A stretch of DNA of 49,661 nt from Alphaproteobacteria bacterium (GTDB taxonomy: Bacteria > Pseudomonadota > Alphaproteobacteria > Micropepsales > Micropepsaceae): assembly GCA_947482125.1 (NCBI GenBank), contig CANKIV010000001.1, forward strand, positions 1-49,661, written 5' to 3'. This document shows, piece by piece, positions 8,915 through 18,465 of the stretch; within the stretch, counting starts at the first letter, position 1, and each line of letters begins with the position of its first letter. The notes beneath the pieces were generated by a model. That model did not search any database. It worked only from the letters and a program-made list of their open reading frames with translations, and was not told the DNA's origin. Position numbers and translations under genes: made by a program.

Positions 8915-11446
8915 ATGCACACCACAGGCGCACACCGCGAAGCATCCGCCAAAGTGACGGCGGTGCTGGGGCCCACCAACACCGGCAAGACCTTTTTCGC
9001 CATCGAACGCATGCTGGCGCACAAGTCCGGCATGATCGGCCTGCCGCTGCGCCTTCTGGCGCGCGAGGTCTATGACCGAATCGTGCGGCTGCGGGGGCCA
9101 GGCGAAGTCGCGCTGATCACCGGCGAAGAAAAAATCGTTCCAAAAAATCCGCGCTTCTATGTCTGCACCGTCGAAGCCATGCCGCTGGACATTCCGGTGG
9201 CCTGCCTGGCGATCGACGAGATTCAGCTTTGCGCCGATCCCGAGCGCGGCCATGTCTTCACCGACCGGCTGCTGCATGCGCGCGGGCTCGAAGAAACCAT
9301 GTTGCTGGGCAGCGACACGATGCGCGGCATCATCCAGCGCTTCATTCCGCGCGCCTGGTTCATCAGCCGCGCCCGCTTTTCCGACCTGGCCTATACCGGC
9401 GCGAAAAAACTCACCCGCCTGCCCCGTCGCTCCGCCGTGGTGGGATTTTCCGCCGAGGATGTCTATGGGATCGCCGAAGTGATCCGCCGCCAACGTGGCG
9501 GCGCGGCGGTGGTGCTGGGCGCACTCAGTCCCCGCACGCGCAACGCCCAGGTCGAGCTGTACCAGTCCGGCGACGTGGATTTCCTGGTGGCGACGGACGC
9601 CATCGGCATGGGCCTCAACATGGATGTGGACCATGTCGGCTTTGCCGCCCGCGACAAGTTCGATGGCGCGCGCATGCGTGCCCTGCGGCCCGACGAGATC
9701 GGCCAGATCGCCGGCCGTGCCGGGCGCTACATGAATGACGGCACCTTCGGCGTCACCGCCGACTGCGAACCGTTCGAAGACGAGTTGGTGCAGCGGATCG
9801 AAAGCCACCGCTACGATCCGGTGCACGTGCTGCAATGGCGCAACCCATTTTTGGATTTCCGCAGCCTCGCCAGCCTGAATGAAAGCCTGGATGCACCGCC
9901 GCCGGAAAAAGGTTTGACGCGGGCGCGGCCCGCCAGCGACGCCGTGGCGCTCCGGCTGTTGTCCGATGACGATGAGATCAAGGCCATCGCCACGTCGCGC
10001 GAGCATGTCGCAAGATTGTGGGACGTCTGCCAACTGCCCGACTTCCGCAAGCTCTCCACAGACGAACATGTGAAGCTGGTGCGCAGCATCTTCCTGTTTC
10101 TCAGCAAGGACGGCGTTATTGCCGACGACTGGCTGGCGCGGCAGATCGCCCGCGCCGATGTCATGGAAGGCGATGTCGCCACCCTGTCGGGGCGACTGGC
10201 GCAGATCCGCACCTACACCTATGTCGCACACCGAGCAGCGTGGACGCGCGACGCCGCGCATTGGCAGGGCGCCACCCGCGCGGTCGAGGACCGGCTGTCG
10301 GACGCGCTGCATGAGCGCTTGACCCAGCGTTTCATTGACCGGCGCACCTCGGTCCTGATGAAGCATTTGCGCGACGATGAATTCGCCAGCCTCACGCTGG
10401 ACGAAGCCGGCAGCGTCTCCATCGGCGGCGAAGCCATCGGCCGGCTCGATGGTTTCCGCTTCGTACCCGATCCGCGCGCGGTCGGTTTGCAGGGACGCAC
10501 CTTGCGGGCCGCGGCGCTGAAGGGGCTGGAAAGTGAAATTTCCGCCCGCAGCCATGCGCTGGCGGCGGCGGCGGACAGTGCCATCACCCTCAGCGAGCAT
10601 GGCAAGCTGTGGTGGGACGGCGCCATTGTCGCCCGGCTGGTGGCCGGGCCGACGCCGTTGACGCCGAATATCGAGATGCTGGCCGATGCCCATGTGCGCA
10701 CCGAGGCCCTGCAGGCGCGGCTGCAGGCGTGGATCACCGCCCGCATCAAGGACCGGCTGGGACCGTTGCTGGCCTTGCGCGATGCCGCCGACGCCAGGAC
10801 GGGAAGCGGCAGCGCCCTGCCCGGTGACGCGCGTGGCATCGCCCATCAACTGGCGGAGAATTTCGCCGGCCTGGATCGCAGCGGCCTGAATCTGCCGGAC
10901 AAACTCGGCCCGCTGCTGCGGTCCTTGCGCCCATTCGGGGTCTGGTTCGGGCGGCGCATGGTCTACCTGCCCCGGTTGCTCCGGCCCGATGCGGCGGCGC
11001 TGCTGACCCTGCTGTGGGGCATCTGGGAGAAAAAAGAGTCGCCGCCCGCGCCGCCCGCGCCGGGCCTCACTTCCTTCGCGGTCGACAAAGGCACCGACAC
11101 CGCTTCGCTTCATGCTGCCGGTTTTGCCGTCATGGGCGGACGCGCCATCCGCTTCGACATGCTGGAGCGGCTGGAGGATGAACTGGAAAAAGCCTTGTCC
11201 TCGGGCACCGATGCCGAGACCCTGCTGACCAAACTCGTATCGCTGCTGGGTACCGGCAAGGGCGAAGCCCGCGCCGTGCTCGCCGCCCTGGGCTGGCGCG
11301 CCATCGATGTCGCCGGCGCCCTGCCGGTCTGGCGGCGCGCCCGGGAGAAAATTCGCCGTCCGGAAAAAGCGAGGGCCCGCAAGCCGGAGCCGCCACCCGA
11401 TCCCCATTCGCCCTTTGCGGGATTGGCGGCGTTGAAGGTGCGATGA
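8915..11446 (+). CDS. SF2 SUV3-like ATP-dependent helicase (MgpS-type)
   Basis: GPTNTGKT, PLRLLAREV, DEIQ, ATDAIGMGLN and QIAGRAGR motifs. Confidence 0.92.
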   Translation: MHTTGAHREASAKVTAVLGPTNTGKTFFAIERMLAHKSGMIGLPLRLLAREVYDRIVRLRGPGEVALITGEEKIVPKNPRFYVCTVEAMPLDIPVACLAIDEIQLCADPERGHVFTDRLLHARGLEETMLLGSDTMRGIIQRFIPRAWFISRARFSDLAYTGAKKLTRLPRRSAVVGFSAEDVYGIAEVIRRQRGGAAVVLGALSPRTRNAQVELYQSGDVDFLVATDAIGMGLNMDVDHVGFAARDKFDGARMRALRPDEIGQIAGRAGRYMNDGTFGVTADCEPFEDELVQRIESHRYDPVHVLQWRNPFLDFRSLASLNESLDAPPPEKGLTRARPASDAVALRLLSDDDEIKAIATSREHVARLWDVCQLPDFRKLSTDEHVKLVRSIFLFLSKDGVIADDWLARQIARADVMEGDVATLSGRLAQIRTYTYVAHRAAWTRDAAHWQGATRAVEDRLSDALHERLTQRFIDRRTSVLMKHLRDDEFASLTLDEAGSVSIGGEAIGRLDGFRFVPDPRAVGLQGRTLRAAALKGLESEISARSHALAAAADSAITLSEHGKLWWDGAIVARLVAGPTPLTPNIEMLADAHVRTEALQARLQAWITARIKDRLGPLLALRDAADARTGSGSALPGDARGIAHQLAENFAGLDRSGLNLPDKLGPLLRSLRPFGVWFGRRMVYLPRLLRPDAAALLTLLWGIWEKKESPPAPPAPGLTSFAVDKGTDTASLHAAGFAVMGGRAIRFDMLERLEDELEKALSSGTDAETLLTKLVSLLGTGKGEARAVLAALGWRAIDVAGALPVWRRAREKIRRPEKARARKPEPPPDPHSPFAGLAALKVR

Positions 11447-11694
11447 GCCGGTTGGACAAATGGCTGTTCCATGCCCGCTTCTGCCGCACCCGGGCCCTGG
11501 CACAGGCCGCCGCCGCCGCCGGCCGTGTCCGCCTTAATGGCCGGCGAGTCGAAAAACCCGCCCAGATGGTGAAGCCTGGCGATATCCTTACCCTGGGACG
11601 GGGCGCCGAGGTGATGGCGGTGCGGGTCCTGACGTTAGCCGAACGGCGCGGCTCAGCCACCGAGGCGGCCCGCCTGTACGAGATCATCGAATAG
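11443..11694 (+). CDS. RNA-binding S4 domain protein (Hsp15/HslR-like)
   Basis: RLDKWLFHARF..TR..A...GRVRLNG; ATGA overlap with the helicase. Confidence 0.9.
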   Translation: MSRLDKWLFHARFCRTRALAQAAAAAGRVRLNGRRVEKPAQMVKPGDILTLGRGAEVMAVRVLTLAERRGSATEAARLYEIIE

Positions 11695-11698
11695 CTCC

Positions 11699-11727
11699 CA
11701 CCAGTTGAGAACCATTATCAACTGGTG
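11699..11727. promoter_or_regulatory. 10-bp inverted repeat enclosing a Fur-box-like site
   Basis: CACCAGTTGA-GAACCATTA-TCAACTGGTG; core TGAGAAC-C-ATTATCA versus Fur 7-1-7 TGATAAT-N-ATTATCA. Confidence 0.55.
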
Positions 11728-11742
11728 CGCCATTGAAGACTC

Positions 11743-11771
11743 TTGCCTGACAGGGCGACGCGCCGTAAGCA
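11743..11771 (+). promoter_or_regulatory. Putative sigma70 promoter of fdxA (TTGCCT-N17-TAAGCA)
   Basis: Spacing and position upstream of the AAGGA RBS. Confidence 0.45.
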
Positions 11772-11806
11772 CACCCCCTCATTTCGCCTGAAGGACGTGC
11801 CTGCCA

Positions 11807-12145
11807 ATGACCTATGTCGTCACCGAAGCCTGCATCAAGTGCAAGTTCATGGACTGCGTCGAGGTCTGCCCGGTGGACTGTTTCTATGAGGGCGAGAACA
11901 TGCTGGTCATCAACCCCGACGAATGCATCGATTGCGGGGTTTGCGAGCCGGAATGCCCGCCGGAAGCCATCAAGGCCGATACCGAGTCGGGCCTGGAAAA
12001 GTGGCTGTCGGTGAACGCCGAATATTCCCGCACCTGGCCCAATATCGCCCAGAAGGGCGAGGCCCCGGCGGACGCCAAGGAAATGCAGGGCGTGCCTGAC
12101 AAGTTCGAGAAATTCTTCAGCCCCAACCCGGGCTCGGGTTCCTAG
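11807..12145 (+). CDS. fdxA: 7Fe/8Fe ferredoxin FdxA
   Basis: [26 protein letters not shown]...[12 protein letters not shown]. Confidence 0.96.
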   Translation: MTYVVTEACIKCKFMDCVEVCPVDCFYEGENMLVINPDECIDCGVCEPECPPEAIKADTESGLEKWLSVNAEYSRTWPNIAQKGEAPADAKEMQGVPDKFEKFFSPNPGSGS

Positions 12146-12345
12146 CCCCTCGCCCTTTCCTGAAGGCCGCGCCGGTACTCTGCCGGTCCCGGGCCGCTCT
12201 CGGAATTCTGACGGTCCGTCAACCAGGCCTCCCGTTCAGGATGTGCTCAGCACACAGAGCAACCGTCACAAATGGTTGAATCTGCGGCCCTTTCCACCAA
12301 AGTTAAATAAACGCCGCGAAATCAATGGGATGGTGCCGTTTTTTC

Positions 12346-12374
12346 TTCCATTTTCGCACAAAGCGTGATAGGGT
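12346..12374 (+). promoter_or_regulatory. Putative carD promoter TTCCAT-N17-TAGGGT with extended -10 TG
   Basis: TG-A-TAGGGT at 12366-12374; T-rich upstream region and spacer. Confidence 0.4.
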
Positions 12375-12461
12375 CTGTTCGTTCTAAAGACCTGAACGAA
12401 ACCGTGCCCGCCGGCGCCCCACCGGTGGATCACCCCATGTTTTGTCCGCACAGGAAAACAA

Positions 12462-13034
12462 ATGACCGCCCTGAAGTCCCCGCCTGCCAAAACCGTCGCC
12501 GCCGCGCCCGCGAAGAAGGTCCCCGCCAATTCCAACCGCAAGCATGAGTTCAAGACCAACGACCATGTCGTCTATCCCACCCATGGCGTCGGCAAAGTGT
12601 CCGGCATCGAGGAGAAGGAAGTCGCGGGCGTGAAGCTCGAGCTGTTCATCATCGAGTTCGAAAAGGACAAGATGACCCTGCGCGTCCCCACCCTGAAGGC
12701 CAAGACCGTGGGCATGCGCAAGCTGTCCTCGCCCGAAGTCGTGGCCGGAGCGCTGAACACCCTCAAGGGCCGCGCCCGCATCAAGCGCACCATGTGGTCG
12801 CGCCGCGCCCAGGAATACGAAGCCAAGATCGACTCCGGCGACCTGGTGTCCATCGCCGAAGTGGTGCGCGACCTGCACCGCGCCGGCGGCCAGCCGGAAC
12901 AGTCCTATTCCGAGCGTCAGTTGTATGAAAAGGCCCTGGCCCGCATGGCCCGCGAAGTCGCCGCCGTCGAAAAGACCGACGAGCCGACCGCGGTCAAGCG
13001 CGTCGAAGGCATGCTGACCAAGAAGGCTGCCTAA
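12462..13034 (+). CDS. carD: CarD/CdnL transcription factor
   Basis: VVYPTHGVG, LRVPT, conserved Trp in MWSRRAQEY, EVVRDL, SYSER. Confidence 0.95.
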   Translation: MTALKSPPAKTVAAAPAKKVPANSNRKHEFKTNDHVVYPTHGVGKVSGIEEKEVAGVKLELFIIEFEKDKMTLRVPTLKAKTVGMRKLSSPEVVAGALNTLKGRARIKRTMWSRRAQEYEAKIDSGDLVSIAEVVRDLHRAGGQPEQSYSERQLYEKALARMAREVAAVEKTDEPTAVKRVEGMLTKKAA

Positions 13035-13062
13035 CAAAAGCTGCGACCTCTATCGCAAAAGG

Positions 13063-13091
13063 AAAAGCCCGGTGGAAACGCCGGGCTTTTT
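13063..13091. terminator. Bidirectional Rho-independent terminator
   Basis: AAAAGCCCGG-TGGAAACG-CCGGGCTTTTT between convergent genes. Confidence 0.85.
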
Positions 13092-13097
13092 CTTTGC

Positions 13098-13883
13098 TCA
13101 ATTCTCGAGGACTTCGATCTGGGCCGGGTTGGATAGTGCGATCTGGGTACGGCCGCGCACCGTCTGCACCGTACCGCGCAGGCGTACATGGCGGGCATGC
13201 AGGCTCTCCAGGTCATAGTCGCGGAAGGCACGGCGGTCCTCGGGCGCGATCACGGCGGAAAAGCCGCGCGTCCAGTCATTTCCGAAATCGATCACCATCC
13301 GCCCGTCGCGGTTGCCGACATTGGTCACCCAGCCTTCCACCACCTGGAAGCTGCCGGCGGTGCCTTTCATCGCCTGGGGCGTGCGCGGCGCATAGGAACT
13401 GATCGCCCAGATGCCGGCGCGTTTGGCGCGCGCTTTGGCTTCGGCCTCATACAATTCGGGCGAACACTCATCGCGATCCGGGGAAATCGCCACCCGCGCC
13501 AGGCCCTGCTCCAGCAGGGCGACCTGCAGCCACACCTGGTTGAAGGCTTGCGCCCGCACCCGGTCGTAGCGATCCTGCTTGGGCGGCGTGGCGGTGAAGG
13601 TCACTGGCCCCTGCTGCGCCAGCTGGGTCAGCACCGAAAGGGCCCGGTCCGACAGATAGCGCGGCCCACCCTCGGCTTCGGCCTGCGGCAGGCGGATGCC
13701 TTCCAGCAGCACGGCGCGGCCATCGCCGAGGATCAGTGCCCCATTGCGCTCCACACGCACCACCCGCGCACGGGAAATTTCCGCCCTGCCGGCGCAATCG
13801 GGAATAAACCGCTGCGCAAAGGCCGTATTGGCGTCAGCCAGGCAACACATTGCCGCCAAAATCACTGCATAGATGATCCGCAT
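13098..13883 (-). CDS. Secreted thermonuclease (SNase) family protein with C-terminal OB-like domain
   Basis: Signal peptide; LEGI, DRYDR, LLEQGLARV, EAKARAKRAGIW; start set at ATG 13883. Confidence 0.85.
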   Translation of the reverse strand: MRIIYAVILAAMCCLADANTAFAQRFIPDCAGRAEISRARVVRVERNGALILGDGRAVLLEGIRLPQAEAEGGPRYLSDRALSVLTQLAQQGPVTFTATPPKQDRYDRVRAQAFNQVWLQVALLEQGLARVAISPDRDECSPELYEAEAKARAKRAGIWAISSYAPRTPQAMKGTAGSFQVVEGWVTNVGNRDGRMVIDFGNDWTRGFSAVIAPEDRRAFRDYDLESLHARHVRLRGTVQTVRGRTQIALSNPAQIEVLEN

Positions 13884-13967
13884 CGGGCCATTGGGTCCAA
13901 AACCATTCCGGCGGTCAAGCGTTTGCCAGGAGCGCCCCACCGTCAAACCGCGTCAAAGGTTAATGCC

Positions 13968-14888
13968 ATGGCCGCGCCGTTCCTTGCGCTTCCCGCCACG
14001 CTTCCCTCCGCCGCCGAACTGCCGGGGACGGTGAAGGCTGCTCTGCCCGCCTTGACCGTGATGATGGTCAACGGCCTCAGGGACTTCCTGTTCGCGATCC
14101 TGATTTTGGCCGCGGGGTGGATGCTGTCGCGCTGGACCGGGCGCTGGCTGCGCGATGTGCTGTCCCGTACCGTTTATATCGACGCCACCATCAAGCCGCT
14201 GGTGGCCGGCTTTGTCCGCTATTTCATTCTCGCCATCACGGTGGTGGCGGTGCTGGGCCAGTTCGGGGTGCAGACCACCTCGCTGATCGCCATCCTGGGC
14301 GCGGCGGGCCTGGCCATCGGGCTGGCGATGCAGGGCACGCTGTCGAATGTCGCCTCCGGCGTGATGCTGCTGATCCTGCGCCCGTTCCGCGTCTATGACC
14401 GGATCAAGGTCGCCGATGCGGTGGGGCCGGTGCGCGAGATCGGCCTGTTCCGCACCACCATCCTCACCGATGACGGCATCTATGTTTCGATTCCCAACGC
14501 GTCCATTTTCACAGGCACCATCCAGAACCTGTCGCGCGAGGGCAAGCGACGGGTGAATTTCACAGTGGAGATCGACCGCGGCGAGAATATCGACATCGCG
14601 CAGAAGATTATCCACGACGCCCTGGCGCAGGAATCGCGCATTCTCAAAAACCCCGCTTGTACCGTGGAGGTGGAGGCGCTGGGTCCGCTGTCCACCACCC
14701 TGGTGGTGCAGGTGTGGATCGAGAATCGCGACTTCGGCGGCACCCAGTCCGACATCAAGAAGCGGGTGCGCCATGCCCTGCAGGGCGCCGATGTCAGCGC
14801 CCCGGTGCCGGTCCCCGCCCCGTCGGTGGCGCCCTGGTCCCCCACACCAGAAGAGCCGCAGCGGCCACAAGGCAAAAAGCCGAACTAG
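13968..14888 (+). CDS. mscS: Small-conductance mechanosensitive channel
   Basis: GVQTTSLIAILGAAGLAIGLAMQGTLSNVASG, RPFRV, IPN. Confidence 0.92.
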   Translation: MAAPFLALPATLPSAAELPGTVKAALPALTVMMVNGLRDFLFAILILAAGWMLSRWTGRWLRDVLSRTVYIDATIKPLVAGFVRYFILAITVVAVLGQFGVQTTSLIAILGAAGLAIGLAMQGTLSNVASGVMLLILRPFRVYDRIKVADAVGPVREIGLFRTTILTDDGIYVSIPNASIFTGTIQNLSREGKRRVNFTVEIDRGENIDIAQKIIHDALAQESRILKNPACTVEVEALGPLSTTLVVQVWIENRDFGGTQSDIKKRVRHALQGADVSAPVPVPAPSVAPWSPTPEEPQRPQGKKPN

Positions 14889-15745
14889 ATTTTGGCCTTC
14901 AGGCTCACGCCTTTGGGCGGCGCGCTTTCTTCGGGCACGAAAAAATCCGGAAGCAGGTCCTTCGATGGATCGACGCGATAACCGTCGAAATCCGTCACGC
15001 CATTTTCCGCCAGGAAACTGTCGTCGATCAGGAAATTTCCGCTGAATGTTTTGGGCTTTTTGAAAACGTGCCATGCGGCGTCGGCGACGATCTGCGGCGT
15101 GCGGCAATGCGCCAGCCCCTCTTCGCCGCTGACCACATTGCGCATCGCCGCCGTGGCAATGGCCGTGCGCGGCCACAGCGCGTTGAAGGCGACTTGGCCT
15201 TTGAATTCTTCCGCTATGCCCAGCACGCAAAGGCTCATGCCGTATTTTGCCATCGTATAGGCGGTGTGCGGCGCGAACCATTTGGCGCGCATGTCCAGCG
15301 GCGGCGACAGCATCAGCACATGTCCATTGGCGGATTTGCGCAAATGCGGCAGGCAGGTTTTTGACACCAGGAAGGTTCCGCGGGCATTGACCTGGTGCAT
15401 CAGGTCGAAGCGTTTCATCGCGGTCGCTTCGGTGCCGGTCAGGGAAATGGCGCTGGCATTGTTGACGCAGATATCGATGCCGCCAAATTTTGTCACCGCC
15501 GCATCCACCGCCGCGATCACCTGCTCTTCAAAACGGATATCGCAGGGCACCGCCAGTGCCGTGCCGCCTGCCCGTTCGATCTCCTCTGCGGCGCTGTAAA
15601 TAGTTCCCGGCAGCTTCGGATTGGCCTCGGTGGTCTTGGCCGCGATCACGATATTGGCGCCGTCCCGCGCCGCCCGCAGCGCGATGGCCAGCCCGATGCC
15701 CCGGCTGCCGCCGGTGATGAACAAGGTTTTGCCCGCCAGCGACAC
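14885..15745 (-). CDS. SDR oxidoreductase (HSDL2-like)
   Basis: TGGSRGIG, NNASAI, YTMAK; GTG start with GGAGGA RBS. Confidence 0.92.
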   Translation of the reverse strand: MSLAGKTLFITGGSRGIGLAIALRAARDGANIVIAAKTTEANPKLPGTIYSAAEEIERAGGTALAVPCDIRFEEQVIAAVDAAVTKFGGIDICVNNASAISLTGTEATAMKRFDLMHQVNARGTFLVSKTCLPHLRKSANGHVLMLSPPLDMRAKWFAPHTAYTMAKYGMSLCVLGIAEEFKGQVAFNALWPRTAIATAAMRNVVSGEEGLAHCRTPQIVADAAWHVFKKPKTFSGNFLIDDSFLAENGVTDFDGYRVDPSKDLLPDFFVPEESAPPKGVSLKAKI

Positions 15746-15829
15746 GAATCCTCCCCGGTTACCGCCATTATGGCCCAAGGCTGCGCAGATTCCCTCGACA
15801 TCTTGTCAGCGGGTGCTTATTTAGCCGCC

Positions 15830-16771
15830 ATGATCGACCTTGAGACCAAAATCGCCCCCGCCGATGCCGCCGGGATCGCCCAGGCCGCCAGGATTTTGCG
15901 CGACGGCGGTCTGGTCGCCTTCCCCACCGAGACCGTCTACGGGCTGGGTGCCGACGCCACCAACGGCGAAGCGGTGGCCGCGATTTTCGCCGCCAAGGGC
16001 CGCCCGCTGTTCAATCCCCTGATCGTGCATGTCGCCGACATCGAAGAGGCGCGCCGCCATGTCGAACTTTCGCCCCGCGCCCAGGCGCTGGCGGAAAAAT
16101 TCTGGCCCGGCGCGCTGACCCTGGTGCTGCCGCGCCGCAAGAACTCGCCGCTTTCGCTGCTGGTCAGCGCAGGGCTGGACAGTGTCGCCCTGCGCGCGCC
16201 CTCGCATCCCGCCGCCATCGCGCTGCTGAAGGAAACCGGCCGGCCCGTAGCCGGCCCTTCCGCCAACATGTCGGGCCAGGTCACCGCCACCACCGCCGCC
16301 CATGTCGCCGACAGCCTGACAGGCAAAGTGGATTTCATCCTGGATGCCGGCAGCGCCACCCTGGGCATCGAATCCACCGTGATCGGCTTTGACGGCGACC
16401 GTCCGCTGCTGCTGCGTCCCGGCGCCATTCCGCGCGGCGAGATCGAGGACATGATCGGGCCCCTGGGCGCGCCCGGAAGCCTGATCCGTTCGCCCGGCCA
16501 GCTTGCCAGTCATTATGCGCCGCGTGCCGCCTTGCGGCTGAACGCGGGCGAGATCGAATCCGGCGAAGTTCTGCTAGGTTTTGGCGACGCGCCGGGCGCC
16601 AAGCTAAATCTCAGCCCGCGCGGTGACCTTCGGGAAGCCGCCTCCAATCTCTTCGCCATGCTGCGCGAACTGGACAAGAGCGCCAGCCGCATCGCTGTCT
16701 CGCCCATTCCCGCCACCGGCATCGGCGAGGCGATCAACGACCGCCTGCAGCGGGCGGCCGCGCCGCGATGA
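15830..16771 (+). CDS. sua5: L-threonylcarbamoyladenylate synthase (Sua5/TsaC)
   Basis: FPTETVYGLGADA, KGRP..NPLI, PSAN, PGQLASHYAP, C-terminal SUA5 domain. Confidence 0.95.
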   Translation: MIDLETKIAPADAAGIAQAARILRDGGLVAFPTETVYGLGADATNGEAVAAIFAAKGRPLFNPLIVHVADIEEARRHVELSPRAQALAEKFWPGALTLVLPRRKNSPLSLLVSAGLDSVALRAPSHPAAIALLKETGRPVAGPSANMSGQVTATTAAHVADSLTGKVDFILDAGSATLGIESTVIGFDGDRPLLLRPGAIPRGEIEDMIGPLGAPGSLIRSPGQLASHYAPRAALRLNAGEIESGEVLLGFGDAPGAKLNLSPRGDLREAASNLFAMLRELDKSASRIAVSPIPATGIGEAINDRLQRAAAPR

Positions 16772-18180
16772 CCGTGCTGGACCGGCTGAAGGACGCGGTC
16801 GGGGCGAAAGGGTTCAGCGAAGATCCGGCAGAGATCGCGCCGCATGTCGAAGAATGGCGAGGCAAATATAAAGGCCACACGCCGCTTCTGCTCAAGCCCT
16901 CTACCTCGGGAGAAGTGTCGGCCATCCTGCGCATCTGCCATGAAACCGGCACGCCCGTCGTCACCCAGGGCGGCAATACCGGACTGGTGGGCGGACAGAT
17001 TCCCTTCCATGGCGAAGTGTTGCTGTCCACAAAGCGTCTCAACAAGATCGGGGCGGTGGACACACGCGGCATGACCGTGACCGCGGGGGCCGGCGTCACC
17101 CTCGCCCAGGTGCAGCAGGCGGCGGATGACCAGAATCTGCTGTTTCCGCTCAGCCTGGCGTCGGAAGGCAGTTGCACCATCGGCGGCAACATCGCCACCA
17201 ATGCCGGCGGCACCCATGTGCTGCGCTATGGCATGACCCGCGCTTTGGTGCTGGGCATCGAAGTGGTGCAGGCCAATGGCTCGGTGCTGGACCTGCAGCG
17301 CGCCCTGATGAAGGACAATAGCGGCTACGACCTCAAGCAGATGTTCATCGGCTCGGAAGGCACCTTGGGGATCATTACTGCCGCGACGTTGAAGCTGTTT
17401 GCCAAGCCCGATGTTTCCGTCACCGCTTTCGCTGCCGTGCCCTCACCCGCCGCCGCGCTCAAGCTGCTGGGGCTGATGCAGGCGCGCACCGGCGGCATGC
17501 TGTCGGCCTTTGAACTGATCCCGCGCATCGCGCTGGACTTCGTCACCCGTCACATCGAGGGCACCCGCGATCCGCTGGCCGCGCCCTCGCCCTGGTATGT
17601 GCTGATGGAAGCGACGGGGGGACGGGAAGCCAGTCTGGCTACCAGTTTCGAAACCGGCCTGGCCGGCGCGATAAACGATGGTGTCGCCAGCGACGCGGTG
17701 GTGGCGGGCAGCCAGACACAGGCGGCAGCGCTGTGGAAACTGCGCGAGAGCATTTCCGAAAGCCAGAAGCGCGAGGGCGCCTCGATCAAGCACGACATTG
17801 CCGTGCCGGTGGCGGCGATCCCTGACTTTATCGCGCGCGCGACACCTGTGGTGCAGGCACTGGTCCCCGGCGTTCGCCCCGTCAGCTTCGGTCATCTGGG
17901 CGATGGCAACCTGCATTTCAATTTCAACGCGCCCCGCAGCGGCGACGATCCCGCCTTCCTCGCCCAGTGGGACGAGGTGCAGCAGGCGGTTCATGATATC
18001 GTGAAGGAATTCGGCGGCTCGATCAGCGCCGAGCATGGCATCGGCGCGATGAAGGTCGCGTCACTGCCTCGTTACAAGAGCCATGAGGAACTGGACGCGA
18101 TGCGCGCCCTCAAGCACGCCTTCGATCCGAAGAACATCCTCAATCCGGGAAAACTGATCCCGCCGGTCTTGCGGCTCTAG
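16768..18180 (+). CDS. FAD-binding oxidoreductase (D-2-hydroxyacid dehydrogenase-like)
   Basis: QGGNTGLVGG, TNAGG, GSEGTLGII, GHLGDGNLH, SAEHGIG, DPKNILNPGK. Confidence 0.92.
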   Translation: MTVLDRLKDAVGAKGFSEDPAEIAPHVEEWRGKYKGHTPLLLKPSTSGEVSAILRICHETGTPVVTQGGNTGLVGGQIPFHGEVLLSTKRLNKIGAVDTRGMTVTAGAGVTLAQVQQAADDQNLLFPLSLASEGSCTIGGNIATNAGGTHVLRYGMTRALVLGIEVVQANGSVLDLQRALMKDNSGYDLKQMFIGSEGTLGIITAATLKLFAKPDVSVTAFAAVPSPAAALKLLGLMQARTGGMLSAFELIPRIALDFVTRHIEGTRDPLAAPSPWYVLMEATGGREASLATSFETGLAGAINDGVASDAVVAGSQTQAAALWKLRESISESQKREGASIKHDIAVPVAAIPDFIARATPVVQALVPGVRPVSFGHLGDGNLHFNFNAPRSGDDPAFLAQWDEVQQAVHDIVKEFGGSISAEHGIGAMKVASLPRYKSHEELDAMRALKHAFDPKNILNPGKLIPPVLRL

Positions 18181-18434
18181 CGCAGGATTTCTGCTTCGGT
18201 GCGGCGGCCGTCGACATAGACGGTGACCCGCTGCGTGGCGGGCGCCGCCGCCAGCGCCATGATCAGCGCTATGATCCAGCCGATGACCGTCCAGCCCAGG
18301 AAGAAGTTGATCGTCGCCACGCCCAGCGCCGACGGCGTGCGCCGCAGGATCGCGACAATGGTGGGCAGCCAGTACATCACGAACAGGATCGACAGGATCG
18401 TCAGCACGGCGAAAACCTCCACAGGCCAGGGCAT
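18177..18434 (-). CDS. Superinfection immunity protein (T4 Imm-like small membrane protein)
   Basis: YWLPTIVA..R...INFFLGWTVIGWIIALIMA signature. Confidence 0.8.
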   Translation of the reverse strand: MPWPVEVFAVLTILSILFVMYWLPTIVAILRRTPSALGVATINFFLGWTVIGWIIALIMALAAAPATQRVTVYVDGRRTEAEILR

Positions 18435-18465
18435 AATATAGGGCGTATTGGTCGCCGTACCAGTC

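Noticed and set aside
8726-11503. 925-aa antisense ORF (similar cases: 348..2282 -, 41670..43640 +, 32097..33551 -, 37115..38701 +)
   Set aside because: Shadow frames opposite well-supported genes. High-GC codon bias suppresses stops, and no domain motifs are recognisable.
12146-12345. Hidden sRNA or small ORF in the fdxA-carD gap (minus-strand GGGAGG + TTG, ~34 codons)
   Set aside because: Overlaps the fdxA end, has no recognisable features, and has no convincing promoter/terminator pair.
13188-13967. Long N-terminal extensions in the ORF track (mscS, sua5, pyrC, metC, sirtuin, DUF3617, SDR, JmjC) as possible fusions
   Set aside because: The extensions overlap neighbouring real genes and lack motifs; true starts were reassigned downstream.
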